Shown: one piece after another, positions 9,632 through 21,700 of the stretch | Numbering within the stretch: the first letter of the stretch is position 1 | Layout: every line of letters begins with the position of its first letter | Assembly (NCBI GenBank): GCA_002269645.1 | Contig: NIVC01001000.1 | Coordinates: forward strand, 124,001 to 188,000 | Direction of reading: 5' to 3' | Source: Macrostomum lignano | Taxonomy: Eukaryota | Length of the DNA: 64,000 nucleotides | Made by a program: the position numbers and the translations under genes | The notes under the pieces: generated by a model | Seen by the model: only the letters and a program-made list of their open reading frames with translations | The model's database searches: none | Told to the model about the DNA's origin: nothing

Positions 9632-12600
9632 TCAGGTGAGCTGACCCAATTCAGCCAGCTGTAGCAGGAACTGACACCCGGTCACCAGCTGGGTGCTGCC
9701 GTAGGTGATCCGCCTGCCACCGCCGCCGCTGCCGCCGCCGCCTCCGCCGGCGCCCGTAACGCCGGATGATTTTGAAGTTCGACGCAAATCAACCAGATTC
9801 TGATATTCAATATAGTTGCCGCCGCCAACTACGAATACGATCGCCTCCTGTTTGGTTTTGTTTCGTGGGTGACAAAATATGATACCAACGATATTAGAAC
9901 AGCGGCGGTGTTGAAGATGGAGAGAGGGACTTAGAGAGAGAGGGATATGGAGAGAGAGACGGAGAGAGAGATGGAGACAGAGGGATGGAGAGAGAGAGGT
10001 GGAGAGAGGGAGATGGAGAGAGGCAGATGGAGAGAGGGAGATGGAGAGAGAGAGGGAGTTGGAGAGAGGAGATGGAGAGAGATGGAGTTGGAGAGAGGGA
10101 GATGGAGAGAGGCAGATGGAGAGAGGGAGATGGAGAGAGAGAGGGAGAGAGATGGAGTTGGAGAGAGGAGATGGAGAGAGATGGAGTTGGAGAGAGGGAG
10201 ATGGAGAGAGGGAGATGGAGAGAGAGGGAGTTGGAGAGAGGAGATGGAGAGAGGCAGATGGAGAGAGGGAGATGGAGAGAGAGATGGAGTTGGAGAGAGG
10301 GAGATGGAGAGAGGCAGTTGGAGAGAGAGAGAGGGAGATGGAGAGAGAGATGGAGTTGGAGAGAGGGAGATGGAGAGAGGCAGTTGGAGAGAGAGAGGGA
10401 GATGCAGAGAGGGAGATGGGAGGGAGTGAGGGGGAGAGAGGGAGATGGAGAGAGAGATGGAGTTGGAGAGAGGGAGATGGAGAGAGGGAGATGGAGAGAG
10501 AGAGGGAGTTGGAGAGAGAGAGGGAGATGGGAGGGAGGGAGGGGGAGAGAGGGAACCAAGCAGAATATTGGGAGGGAGTTGGGAGACAGGAAGCAAAAGA
10601 GACAAAAAGAGAGAGATGAAGAGAGGAGATGAGATGAAGAGTAAAAGAACTAGGAGAAGAGGAGAGATGCAGACGGAAATTAGCCAAAAAGAAGGGAGCG
10701 GGAAGTGAAGAGGGGGGGGGGGGTAAATTTCTTACAAAGCAGACACCCGAGCACGACAAACCTGAAACGGCTGCTTCTGCCTAGGAATCTGAGACGGATC
10801 GGTCACCCGGTGCAGTTTCGGATCGAAGTAGCGATACTCTTCAACTTCGGCCTGGCCGGCCCGGTTCTCCATCAAACAGTCGGCAATGCGAGCGGCCGGC
10901 AGGTTGTGCTTCCTCAGCACCAGATTCCTTACGCCCTCCATCAGGAATGAGCCGCCCTTTGATAGGCCGCCTAGCCAGCCGCTGCCGCTGCCGGAAGCGC
11001 CGCTGCCGCCACTTCCGCCGCCAACGTAATAACTGCCGCCGCCGCTGAGAGCGCGCCATTTTCTTAGATAAGCGGCCGCTTTCAACAGACCGGCGCAGTC
11101 CACTAATCCGCCAGATTCGCTGCTCAGTGCGGCAGAAGGCTCGCTGGCTAAACGATTTAATTGGCTTAATAATTCATCCAATTCAGCGCCTGAGGCCTGC
11201 GGACAGTCGCTCAATACTGCTACTAATAGTAGGCGCAGCTTGTCTTCAAAACTGCCAGCCTCTGGATCGGCCAGCACGTCAACTAGGGGCCGATCTAGAC
11301 TCTGCTTAGCCAATAGTTTCTCTTCTAATTCGAATAGCAGATCCAATTGGCGAGCTTTGATTTTCTCTGCTAGACAGGTGGCAACATTAGTGTGCATGTC
11401 TAAACTGCGTTTCATTGCTAGCAGGGCTGGCAGGTCGGACATTGCGCTGTTTAACACGGACATTGTGTCCGTCACTGTTTTGTCATCTAGTTCGGCGTCG
11501 AAACCCATACTGCGTTTTAATCGGCCAACTTTCTCTTCCTCTTGTTTGTACTTTTCTAAATTGCGCTTGACAGCGTCAGCCACCTCGGGGAATGGGGCGC
11601 CGCGTTGGGCGGACCAGAAATTGTCTTCTTCTGCAAGAAGATCGTAGGCTGTTGTTCGTTTCTGTTGTTGCTGCTGGTGAGACGGCGGCCCAGACTGGGG
11701 TAGTTCGACTCGATTGAGGCGGGAGCCAAGTACATCGTGTACTAAAGCCTGGGGGATGAGATGGTAGATGGGGATAGCAGACCGGAAGTATGCAATATTT
11801 ACCAGATATTCAAGTGACTTCTATTGAAGTAGTAAATTAAACAATGAGATTAATCTACTGACTACAGCAAGTGAAATCTACTCGTACTGACGATCGGATG
11901 TGAAATCTACTGACTACCAGAAGTGATATATACTGACCACCGGAAGTGATATCTTCTGTCTACCGGAAGTGATATACCCACTGACTACCGGAAGTGATAT
12001 ACCCACTGACTACCGGAACTGATATACCCACTGACTACCGGAACTGATATACCCACTGACTACCGGAAGTGATATACCCACTGACTACCGGAAGTGTTAT
12101 CTACTGAGCACCGGAAGTGAAATATACCAATCAAAGGAAGTGATATTTACTGACTACCTGAAGTTGATAACTACTGACTACCGGAAGTTGATAACTACTG
12201 ACTACCTGAAGTTGATACCTACTGACTACCGGAAGTTGATAACTACTAACTACCGGAAGTTGATAACTACTAACTACCGGAAGTTGATAACTACTAACTA
12301 CCGAAAGTTGATAACTACTGAATACCGGAACTTGATAACTACTGACTACCGGAAATCGATAACTACTGACTACCGGAAGTTGATAACTACTGACTACCGG
12401 AAGTTGATAACTACTGACTACCGGAAGTTGATAACTACTGACTACCGGAAGTTGATAACTACTGACTACCGGAAGTGAAATCTACTTATCTACCAATCGC
12501 AAACCTGATAAGTCCACGGATGATGCAGCATAGTAGCCAAATCTAAACTGCGATCAAGCAGCAGCAGCAGCGGCCGTTGAAACGAATACTGAGCAGCGGA

Positions 12601-15600
12601 ATCGCCGCCACCAGTGAACAAACTGTTTCGAGCGTCACGCAGATTGTCGCGCAATTTTTTGTCCAACTTCGCCGCGACAGCTTCGGCCGCGTTGCCGGCA
12701 GGACAGCGGATCACCGGCACGGCGCCCAGGGTGACGCAAACGGAGAACAGGCCACCAGCGATCTCGTTGAGCATGGCTTCCATTGCTTCGTCGCTGCTGT
12801 CTGGCCGATTTAAAGCTTTGTAGGAGAGGCTATCGGCCGAGTGGTGACGCAATACGAATAGATCCTCTTCTAGGCAAATGAAATCCGTGTACTGGTCCAC
12901 TACCCGGCTGATTTGACCGACAGCGTTGCCGCCGATTGCCGCCTTGACGAAAGACGATAAATTATTGTTGGGTTTCCTTCACATAGATTCAACTTATTTC
13001 CCATAGAACCCCTTCGCGCATTCATTGGATCCTCTTCCGTATTCAATAGATCCTTTTCACGAATTCATTGGATCCTCTTCCCGTATTCAATAGATCCTTT
13101 TCACGAATTCATTGGATCCTCTTCCGTATTCAATAGATCCTTTTCACGAATTCATTGGATCCTCTTCCGTATTCAATAGATCCTTTTCACGAATTCATTG
13201 GATCCTCTTCCCGTATTCAATAGATCCTTTTCACGAATTCCATAGATCCCCTTCCTGTATCACCTAGATTCACTCCTGTATCCCTTAGATCCACTTCCTG
13301 TATCCCCTAGATTCCCTCCTGTATCCCCTAGATCCCTTCCTGAATTTCTCCTAGATCCCTTTCCTGTATCCCTTGGATCCCTTTCTGTATCCTCTAGATC
13401 CATTTCCTGTATCCTCTAGATCCATTTCCTGTATCCCCTAGATCCATTTCCTGTATCCCCTAGATCCCTACCTGTATCCTCTAGATCCCTTCCTGTATCC
13501 CCTCGATCCCCTTCCTGTATCCCCTAGATCCCTTTCCTGTATCCCCTCGATCCCCTTCCTGTATCCCCTAGATCCCTTTCGTGTATCCCTTAGATCCACT
13601 TCCTGTATCCCCTAGATCCCTTCCTGAATTTCTCCTAGATCCCTTTCCTGTATCCCCTGGGTCCCTTTCTGTATCCTCTAGATCCATTTCCTGTATCCCC
13701 TAGATCCCTTTCCTGTATCCCCTAGATCCATTTCCTGTATCCCCTAGATCCCTACCTGTATCCCCTAGATCCCTTCCTGTATCCTCTAGATCCCTTCCTG
13801 TATCCCCTCGATCCCCTTCCTGTATCCCCTAGATCCCTTTCCTGTATCCCCTCGATCCCCTTCCTGTATCCCCTAGATCCCTTTCGTGTATCCCTTAGAT
13901 CCACTTCCTGTATCCCCTAGATTCTCTCCTGTATCCCCTAGATCCCTTCCTGTATTTCTCCTAGATCCCTTTCCTGTATCCCTTGGATCCCTTTCCTGTA
14001 TCCCTTGGATCCCTTTCCTGTATCCCTTGGATCCCTTTCCTGTATCCCCTAGATTCTCTCCTGTATCCCCTAGATTCTCTCCTGTATCCCCTAGATCCCT
14101 TCCTGTATTTCTCCTAGATCCCTTTCCTGTATCCCTTGGATCCCTTTCCTGTATCCCCTAGATCCCTTCCTGTATTTCTCCTAGATCCACTTCCTGTATC
14201 CCCTAGATTCTCTCCTGTATCCCCTAGATCCCTTCCTGTATTTCTCCTAGATCCACTTCCTGTATCCCCTAGATTCTCTCCTGTATTCCCTAGATTCCTT
14301 CCTGTATTTCTCCTAGATCCCTTTCCTGTATCCCCTAGATCCCCTTCCCATATCCCTTAGATCCTCTTCGCGAATTCCATAGATCCCCTTACCCGTATCC
14401 CATAGATCTCCTTACTCGTATCCCATAGATCTCCTTACCCGTATCCCATAGATCCCCTTACCCGTATCCCATAGATCTCCTTACCAGTATCCCTTAGGTC
14501 CTCTTCCCTTATCCCCTAGATCCCAATTCAGTGTATGAGACCACCAACCTGAGCCAGATCCTCCAGCTTGCTCCTGGATATTTGCGATATGAAATTCAAA
14601 TGATAGGACTCGTATAATCCGGCAGCCAGATCGCGTCCCAAGCGTTGCAAATTCTCCTCGCTAGGATTCATAAAATACACGGCGGCAACGTCGGATAGCG
14701 GCTCGCGATCTGAGTGCAACGGCAGGTGCAACGTGACGCCCAGGTCGCGTAGATCTTTCACCGTGAGCAGCGGAGAGATCATGTCTTGACCGCTGCGATC
14801 GTAAATCAACACCTGACAGGTTTGCGGGGGAAATGATCAACAAGTACATTACTGGAATTACTGGAAGACAGGTAATAAAAAAAAATTTTTGGGACCGATT
14901 AAAGGCGATTCTTAAAGCGAGTGTCTCGAGAGGCGATTCTCAATGTGAGAGTCTCGAGAAGCGATTCTCAATGTGAGAGTCTCGAGAAGCGATTCTCAAT
15001 GTGAGAGTCTCGAGAAGCGATTCTCAATGTGAGAGTCTCGAGAAGCGATTCTCAATGTGAGAGTCTCGAGAAGCGATTCTCAATGTGAGAGTCTCGAGAA
15101 GCGATTCTCAATGTGAGAGTCTCGAGAAGCGATTCTCAATGTGAGAGTCTCGAGAAGCGATTCTCAATGTGAGAGTCTCGAGAAGCGATTCTCAATGTGA
15201 GAGTCTCGAGAAGCGATTCTCAATGTGAGAGTCTCGAGAAGCGATTCTCAATGCGAGAGTCTCGAGAAGCGATTCTCAATGTGAGGAGAGTCTCGAGAAG
15301 CGATTCTCAAGGTGAAAGTCTCGAGAAGAGATTCTCAAGTAAAGAGTCTCGAGAAGCGATTCTCAATGCGAGTCTCGAGAAGCGATTCTCAATGTGAGGA
15401 GAGTCTCGAGAAGCGATTCTCAATGTGAGGAGAGTCTCGAGAAGCGATTCTCAAGGTGAGACTAGAGTGCCTCGAGTGGCGATTCTCAAGCCTCAAGGTG
15501 CGTCCTAAATATAAACCTCATCAGTAAATCCAATGAGTCGATTTTTGTTGAAATAAGAGTCCAGAGCAGGTTCTCAAAGTCTCTAGTCTTTTAGGAAGAC

Positions 15601-15799
15601 AGAGATTCGCTGGATAAGAAATCACCTTCCACTGCGGCTCCTCAGAGTCGGTGGGTCCACCAGCTGCCGAGGACAAGCCCGCCGATGTCAGCCTAGCTGT
15701 CGGCGCATTCAAATTCAGCATTCTGCGAATTGATTCAATCTTTCTAGACCGCAAACTGTTGCCGGGACCGGTCCCGGGATTCTGAGATTGCTTCATCAT
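9632..15799 (-). CDS. SCFD1: Sec1/Munc18-family protein Sly1, 5 exons: 15799-15626, 14812-14549, 12942-12505, 11748-10762, 9847-9632 (692 aa)
   Basis: Recognised motifs WKVLIYD, KLDKKLRDNLRDARNSLF, FQRPLLLLLDR, YRYFDPK, EAIVFVVGGGNYIEYQNL. All four introns are GT-AG, phase 0; exon sizes 174+264+438+987+216 keep frame. Confidence 0.95.
9915..10690. repeat. GA-rich polypurine repeat (GGAGAGAGGGAGAT-like) in SCFD1 intron 4
   Basis: Direct reading. Confidence 0.92.
11855..12485. repeat. 23/24-bp minisatellite (CTACTGACTACCGGAAGTTGATAA and ...GTGATAT variant) in SCFD1 intron 3
   Basis: Direct reading; ITTDYRKL periodic ORF. Confidence 0.93.
13010..14525. repeat. ~21-22-bp minisatellite (TTCCTGTATCCCCTAGATCCC) with a 43-44-bp dimer sub-array at ~13018-13240, SCFD1 intron 2
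   Basis: Direct reading. Confidence 0.93.
14920..15495. repeat. 28-bp minisatellite (GAGAGTCTCGAGAAGCGATTCTCAATGT) in SCFD1 intron 1
   Basis: Direct reading. Confidence 0.93.
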
Positions 15800-15899
15800 T
15801 TTATTAGTCTAGTCGGGACCACGGAGCCTGATTGCAGACATAAAAATGACACGAATAATTTTAATAAGTATCAAACACAGAAATATTTACACTGTTAGC

Positions 15900-16180
15900 T
15901 ACTGACTACCGGATGTGATATATTCGCTGACTACCGGAAGTGATATCTACTGAGTACCGGATGTGATACATCCACCGACTACCGGAAGTGATATCTACTA
16001 ACTACCGGAAATGACATACCTAGTGACTACCGGAAGTGATATATCCTGCGACTACCGGAATTGATATATCCTGCGACTACCGGAAGTGATATCTACTGAC
16101 TACCGGATGAGATATATCCACTGACTACCGGAAGTGATATATCCATTGGCTACCGGAAGTGATATTTATTGACTACTCGA
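15900..16180. repeat. Degenerate 23-25-bp ACCGGAAGT-containing minisatellite between the MED19 stop and SCFD1 start
   Basis: Same family as the SCFD1 intron 3 repeat. Confidence 0.88.
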
Positions 16181-16261
16181 AGTAAACTTTTTTCCTTGAT
16201 GACTTTCTTGACTGGGGGGGGAGGGTTGACCTTTTTGGGAGCAGTTCCCCAAATGAATGCG

Positions 16262-16340
16262 GCTACACACGGGAATCGAACCCACTTGATCTGTTGCGAG
16301 AATCAGACGCATTTACCAGGATATGTCAATCGTTAGTAGC
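16262..16340 (-). pseudogene. Degenerate tRNA-like sequence or SINE head (anticodon loop TTCTCGC, possibly Glu-CTC)
   Basis: B-box GGTTCGATTCC; GCTAC...GTAGC termini 79 nt apart; TCTG/CAGA anticodon stem. D arm and acceptor stem pair poorly. Confidence 0.35.
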
Positions 16341-16515
16341 TTCAATTTAAATGATATAAAAAACTTGAAAACTATATTATCACCAGCAGTAATAGGTACC
16401 AACGGTGCAAGGTTTATTAATAACAATTTTATACTTTCACTATGTACAGAATGCAGATTAGCAGTCGCTAATTCAATTTATTAGGATTAAAAAAACGAGA
16501 GTCATTGATCGATTT

Positions 16516-18791
16516 TCAAGTCCTCTCTTTTGTCTTTCGTTTTTTCTCCTTTTTTCGTTTCCTTTCGGCTTTCCGTTCGGCTTTATCAAATTTAGCGGCG
16601 GCGGCGGAAGCAGAGTTCAAGCACTGTCCAGCGGCCGCTGGTGACGAGGAAAATGCTGCTGTCGGCATGGCTGAAGACGCCGAAGCAGCGGAAGCAGCAG
16701 CAGCAGCAGCAACAACAGAAGCGGCAGCAGAGCTGGCCGATGGCAAAGGCTGCGGAGGCGGCAGCGGTGGAACGCCGGCGGCAAACCTGCTGATAGCCGG
16801 AGCGCCAGAAGCGACGCTCACGTGAGCAGCAGCGCTAGGAGCAGAAACTGGCTGAGCACTGGTCACGCCAACGCTACTAGAAGCAGCAGTTGATTGAGAA
16901 GCAGCAATAGTATTAGAGCTGGCACTGGTATTATCGCCTGGATTAGATTCGTTATGACTGCTGCCAATCAAATCTGTGATGACGGCTTCGTGACGACGCT
17001 TCCTAGTTCGACCTGGAGGCTGCTGAGACTGCTGAGACGATTGGGGAGTAGGTGGCTGCGGCTGCTGCTGTTGCTGCTGCTGGGGCGGCGGCTTGTTAAA
17101 CAACTGAGCCAGCTCAGGCGGCACGGGACCCTCGTGTAGACGAAAAGCGGACATGGCATTGGCCGATAGTGGGGCCAAATCTTTGCCAGTAACTGGCGGT
17201 CGCTCGATCATCTCGGACAGGGATGAGCCGTCTTCGAATCTGAAGAGAGATTTTAATGCAAATATAATATATTGAGTTGACAGTCCAACACCCATAAGTC
17301 ATTAGACACATGCATTAGCAATCAGCCTGACCCATTAATAATCAGTTTGACCCATTAAAAATCAGTCTGACCCATCAATAATCAGTTTGACCCACTAATC
17401 ATCAGTCTGACCCATTAATAATCAGTTTGATCCACTAATTATCAGTCTGGCCCATTAATAATCAGTCTGATCCACTAATTATCAGTCTGGCCCATTAATA
17501 ATCAGTTTGACCCATTAATAATAAGTCTGACACATGAACCAGTCTGACCCAATAATCAGTCTGACATATTAACCAGTCTGACCCAATTATCAGTCTGACC
17601 CATTAATCATCAGTCTGACCCACTAATCATCAGTCTGACCCACTAATCATCAGTCTGACCCATTAATAATCAGTCTGACCCATTAATAACCAGTCTGATC
17701 CACTAATCATCAGTCTGACCCATTAATAATCAGTCTGACCCATTAATAATCAGTCTGACCCACTAATCATCAGTCTGACCCATTAATAATCAGTCTGACC
17801 CATTAGTAACCAGTTTGACCCATTAATAATCAGTCTGACACATTAACCAGTCTGACCCAATAATCAGCCTGACCCATTAATTATCAGACTGACCCATTAA
17901 TAATCAGCCTGACCTATTAGCAATCAGCCTGACCTATTAGCAATCAGCCTGACCTATTAGCAATCAGCCTGACCTATTAGCAATCAGCCTGACCTGTTAG
18001 CAATCAGCCTGACCTGTTAGCAATCAGCCTGACCTGTTAGCAATCAGCCTTACCTATTAGCAATCAGCCTGACCTGTTAGCAATCAGCCTGACCTGTTAG
18101 CAATCAGCCTGACCTGTTAGCAATCAGCCTTACCTATTAGCAATCAGCCTGACCTATTAGCAATCAGCCTGACCTATTAGCAATCAGCCTGACCTATTAG
18201 CAATCAGCCTGACCTATTAGCAATCAGCCTGACCTGTTAGCAATCAGCCTGACCTGTTAGCAATCAGCCTTACCTATTAGCAATCAGCCTGACCTGTTAG
18301 CAATCAGCCTGACCTATTAGCAATCAGCCTGACCTGTTAGCAATCAGCCTGACCTGTTAGCAATCAGCCTGACCTGTTAGCAATCAGCCTGACCTATTAG
18401 CAATCAGCCTGACCTGTTAGCAATCAGCCTGACCTGTTAGCAATCAGCCTGACCTGTTAGCAATCAGCCTGACCTATTAGCAATCAGCCTGTGCCAAGAC
18501 TCACCCATTAGTATCAATCTGCCCAGGTAACCGAGGCAGAAAACACGACAGCTCCTCACGCAAACGCCTGGTACAGTACATAGAATAAGCCTGCTCAAGA
18601 TCGTGATGCTTGATCAAATTGGAAGCTCCAGTCAATGGCGCCTCCTGTGGCGGCTCCTTGCTCATGAGGTAGAATGGGTTACAGTGCGTGACAGAGGGCT
18701 TTTCGCCCAGCACAATTTTTATTCTAGGCGAAACAGATGCCTGAAGTTGCGCATTGGGAGGTTGCTGTTGTGGTTGTTGTTGTGCCTTCAT
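16516..18791 (-). CDS. MED19: Mediator subunit 19, 2 exons: 18791-18505, 17239-16516 (336 aa)
   Basis: PFYLM...LTGASNLIKHHDLEQAY...FLPxLPG and SSLSEMIERPP...AFRLHEGP match the Med19 core; Lys-rich tail; GT-AG phase-2 intron. Confidence 0.92.
17320..18492. repeat. Two related 20-bp minisatellites (CATTAATAATCAGTCTGACC; TATTAGCAATCAGCCTGACC) filling the MED19 intron
   Basis: Direct reading. Confidence 0.93.
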
Positions 18792-21700
18792 GATTGATTG
18801 ATTGATTAGCAAGTGACCTAAGGCAATACAATAATAACAAGTGGTGCTCTGTTGAATATAGGCACCTGAAATTTATTAATAATGATTATCAGGTACTGAC
18901 TACACTTGGCAATGGCAATATTTAAAACTAAATTTAAAGCCTATATCTATAATACATATTACAGTCTAGGTTTGTTAGCTCATAGACCCATAGGGTAAGT
19001 CACAAATGACATATTAAATTTAATTTGACATCCTTGATTCGGACCCAGGATGCAAAAATGACATTGACATCCTATTGTTTCAAGCCTATTCATATTTGAT
19101 ATTTTTATAGTTTATATTTCATTTGAAGTATTAATAATCTCATAATTATTTGGATTCTTAAGGATTTCAGACACCTACCAATTGCAAAATAGAATTAATC
19201 TATACACATGAAGCCTGCAAACTTCTACAACTAATCAGAAAGGATTAGCAATGCAAAGGATAGGGTAGAGATATTGGTAGCTTCAAGTAGGCATTGGCAT
19301 TTGCTAGAACTTTATTATATATTTTCAATTTCTAAGAGACAATATAAGTTGGACTAAACATTTTTAATCTTAGCTAAAATTAGTTAGACTAAGGGTATAA
19401 AACATGTTCAATAGGTAATCTTTGTATACAATATATATTTTTGGAAGATATACGGATTGTTATATTAGGCAAGAGAAAAAGAAATCAATGAAATTATCTT
19501 TCCAATGATGCATAAGCAACCTTATGAGCACTATATTATATATAGCAACTAGCTTAATTATGAAAATAGATTTTTATATTGTATGAGAATTGTATAAGCA
19601 CAATTAATAAAATTCTGATATATGCAGATAATAACTATATGTATAGTGAAATTTCAGTTATCATATATCTTTATTCAAATCTTATATTAGACAAAAAGCA
19701 TATAAAAATGGATATTAATGGCTACCTACAAAGGAGACTATTTTGTATTTATAGTTCTAAGTTCATTAACATGCATATTTGGTGTGTTTGAGTCTTAAAA
19801 AGTATATATATGAATAAATAAATATGTATATATATATATATATATATATATTAATTGAATGTGATAGTGTTTTTAAAGGGTTTAAGTATTAGAACTTTGT
19901 GATGGCAAGTTGTTATTAAGTAATAGATACAACACTTATTTTGTTATAGTGTACATGTAAACATTAAACCTAACAATAGAAAAGGTCCTTGATTGTTGGA
20001 ATGTAAAAAGGATCATTTATCTTTATTCTCATAGGGCAAAGTAAGGTTGCATCATTTTGAAATTTTGGTATACATGACAGTCACATTTCTAATTTTTGGC
20101 ATTATTGGTATATAACTTTCAATTTTGCCTAAAAAACTCTGGCATACACTGAACACTTTCTTGGCAATGGTGCAAAATGATAGCAATTTTATTAGATCTT
20201 ATTGTTTTAGATATTTATCAAGTATTCATAATTCATTCAATTATTGCAATAGCAAGTTATCTATTCATACTAACATTTTATTGTAGCTATAATCAAAGTT
20301 GGCATTGCCCTAATATTACCATTTTATAATCTAGTTTATTTTATAAGCACTCAATTTAATCATGTATTGGTGTAGCCATGAAGCAATGGTCATTTTTCCT
20401 GTTGTCTATAGTACAAACTAGGGGCAAACTAGGTCATTTAATCTGCTATCAGTTTGTCTACTGGAGATCCATGCTAAGGTGGACAGTTCATCTGCTGTGC
20501 TATTGTGTCCAATGAAAACAATACCTAGCAATGAAGCAGCAAAGCATATATTAGTGTAAAGAGCAGTATTTGCAGCAAATAAGCAAATAAGCAGATGAAT
20601 GATCAGTAGTTGAAGTTTTGAATTTACATTTTGGGAGAAATTTTGCACAAAGTTTAAAGCTCATTGGTTTTTAGAGTCAAAATAAGAGTTCATAGTGAAA
20701 AAATAGGAGATGGGATAACTGCAACTAAATTCATAGGAAATATGTTAAAATCACAATTTAAATATAAAAATCAAAGTTTAAAATCACAGTTAAAAATGAA
20801 AGCTAAATTACATAGTGTCATCTCTTTAAATTATATTAAGCAGTGTATAAATAAACTATAATAATTTGTTTTTTGCTTTGAATATTGATGGCTAAATTAT
20901 ACCTGAATTAATTGACTAATCATACAATATATAGTATTTATGTCATATAATTGTGGCAGTTAGGTGCACTGGTCTGAATTTTAATTAACTGTTTTATTTT
21001 TTAATAGCCTTCAAACTGCTCACAAAAGAGTTAATTTTTTCTTGTCTGTTTGCTAATAATTTTTTCTCATGTTCTTTTGATTGGAGATCTAGCAAGTGTT
21101 TTGTCATCCCATTCTATGAAAAAAAGAGTTTTCCCCTGCTGGAATTTTGCTTAAATTTTTTGTTTTATTTTCTCAATTTGCATGTCAATAAAGCTGTTCC
21201 ATCTGTTGTGTCCACGTCAAGATTTTGGTCTACTAGTGTGACCAGTGGCAGCCACACTCATTGACTGCAGCCTCTCCATTAATATTTATATAGCCCATGA
21301 TGTGCCACTTTAGGTTCATGCGTTTCTTCTCCTCCTTCACTTCAGTTTTCTTTTGCCAAGTTTAGTTCAATTTTACTTTCTTAACTCGTTTTGCGCACTG
21401 GCGCCCACAATCATTGTCGTCATAATAAATTAAATGCAAAGCTCAGTAATTGTCCTAATTATAAATAGCATTAGTAACTTTTTTATTAAGCCTGCTAAAT
21501 AATAAATGAAACTTAATAAACATAAACACCACATTTATCTGTTGACATAAGCCATAGTATTGCTTGAGTCATTTGCCTATGGGGCATAAAAAAACCAAAG
21601 TTCTCATCTCAAAGAAAGCTCTAAGACTTAATTTGTTCCAAAATATTTAAATTATAGTGGTGGCAGCAACTACCCTACCAAAAGTAACCAGCCCAGCAAA

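Noticed and set aside
9632-10759. Long Ser/Leu/Pro and Glu/Arg ORFs (also 31139-31954, 54486-55612)
   Set aside because: Produced by GA/CT simple repeats; only the last 216 nt is the real SCFD1 exon.
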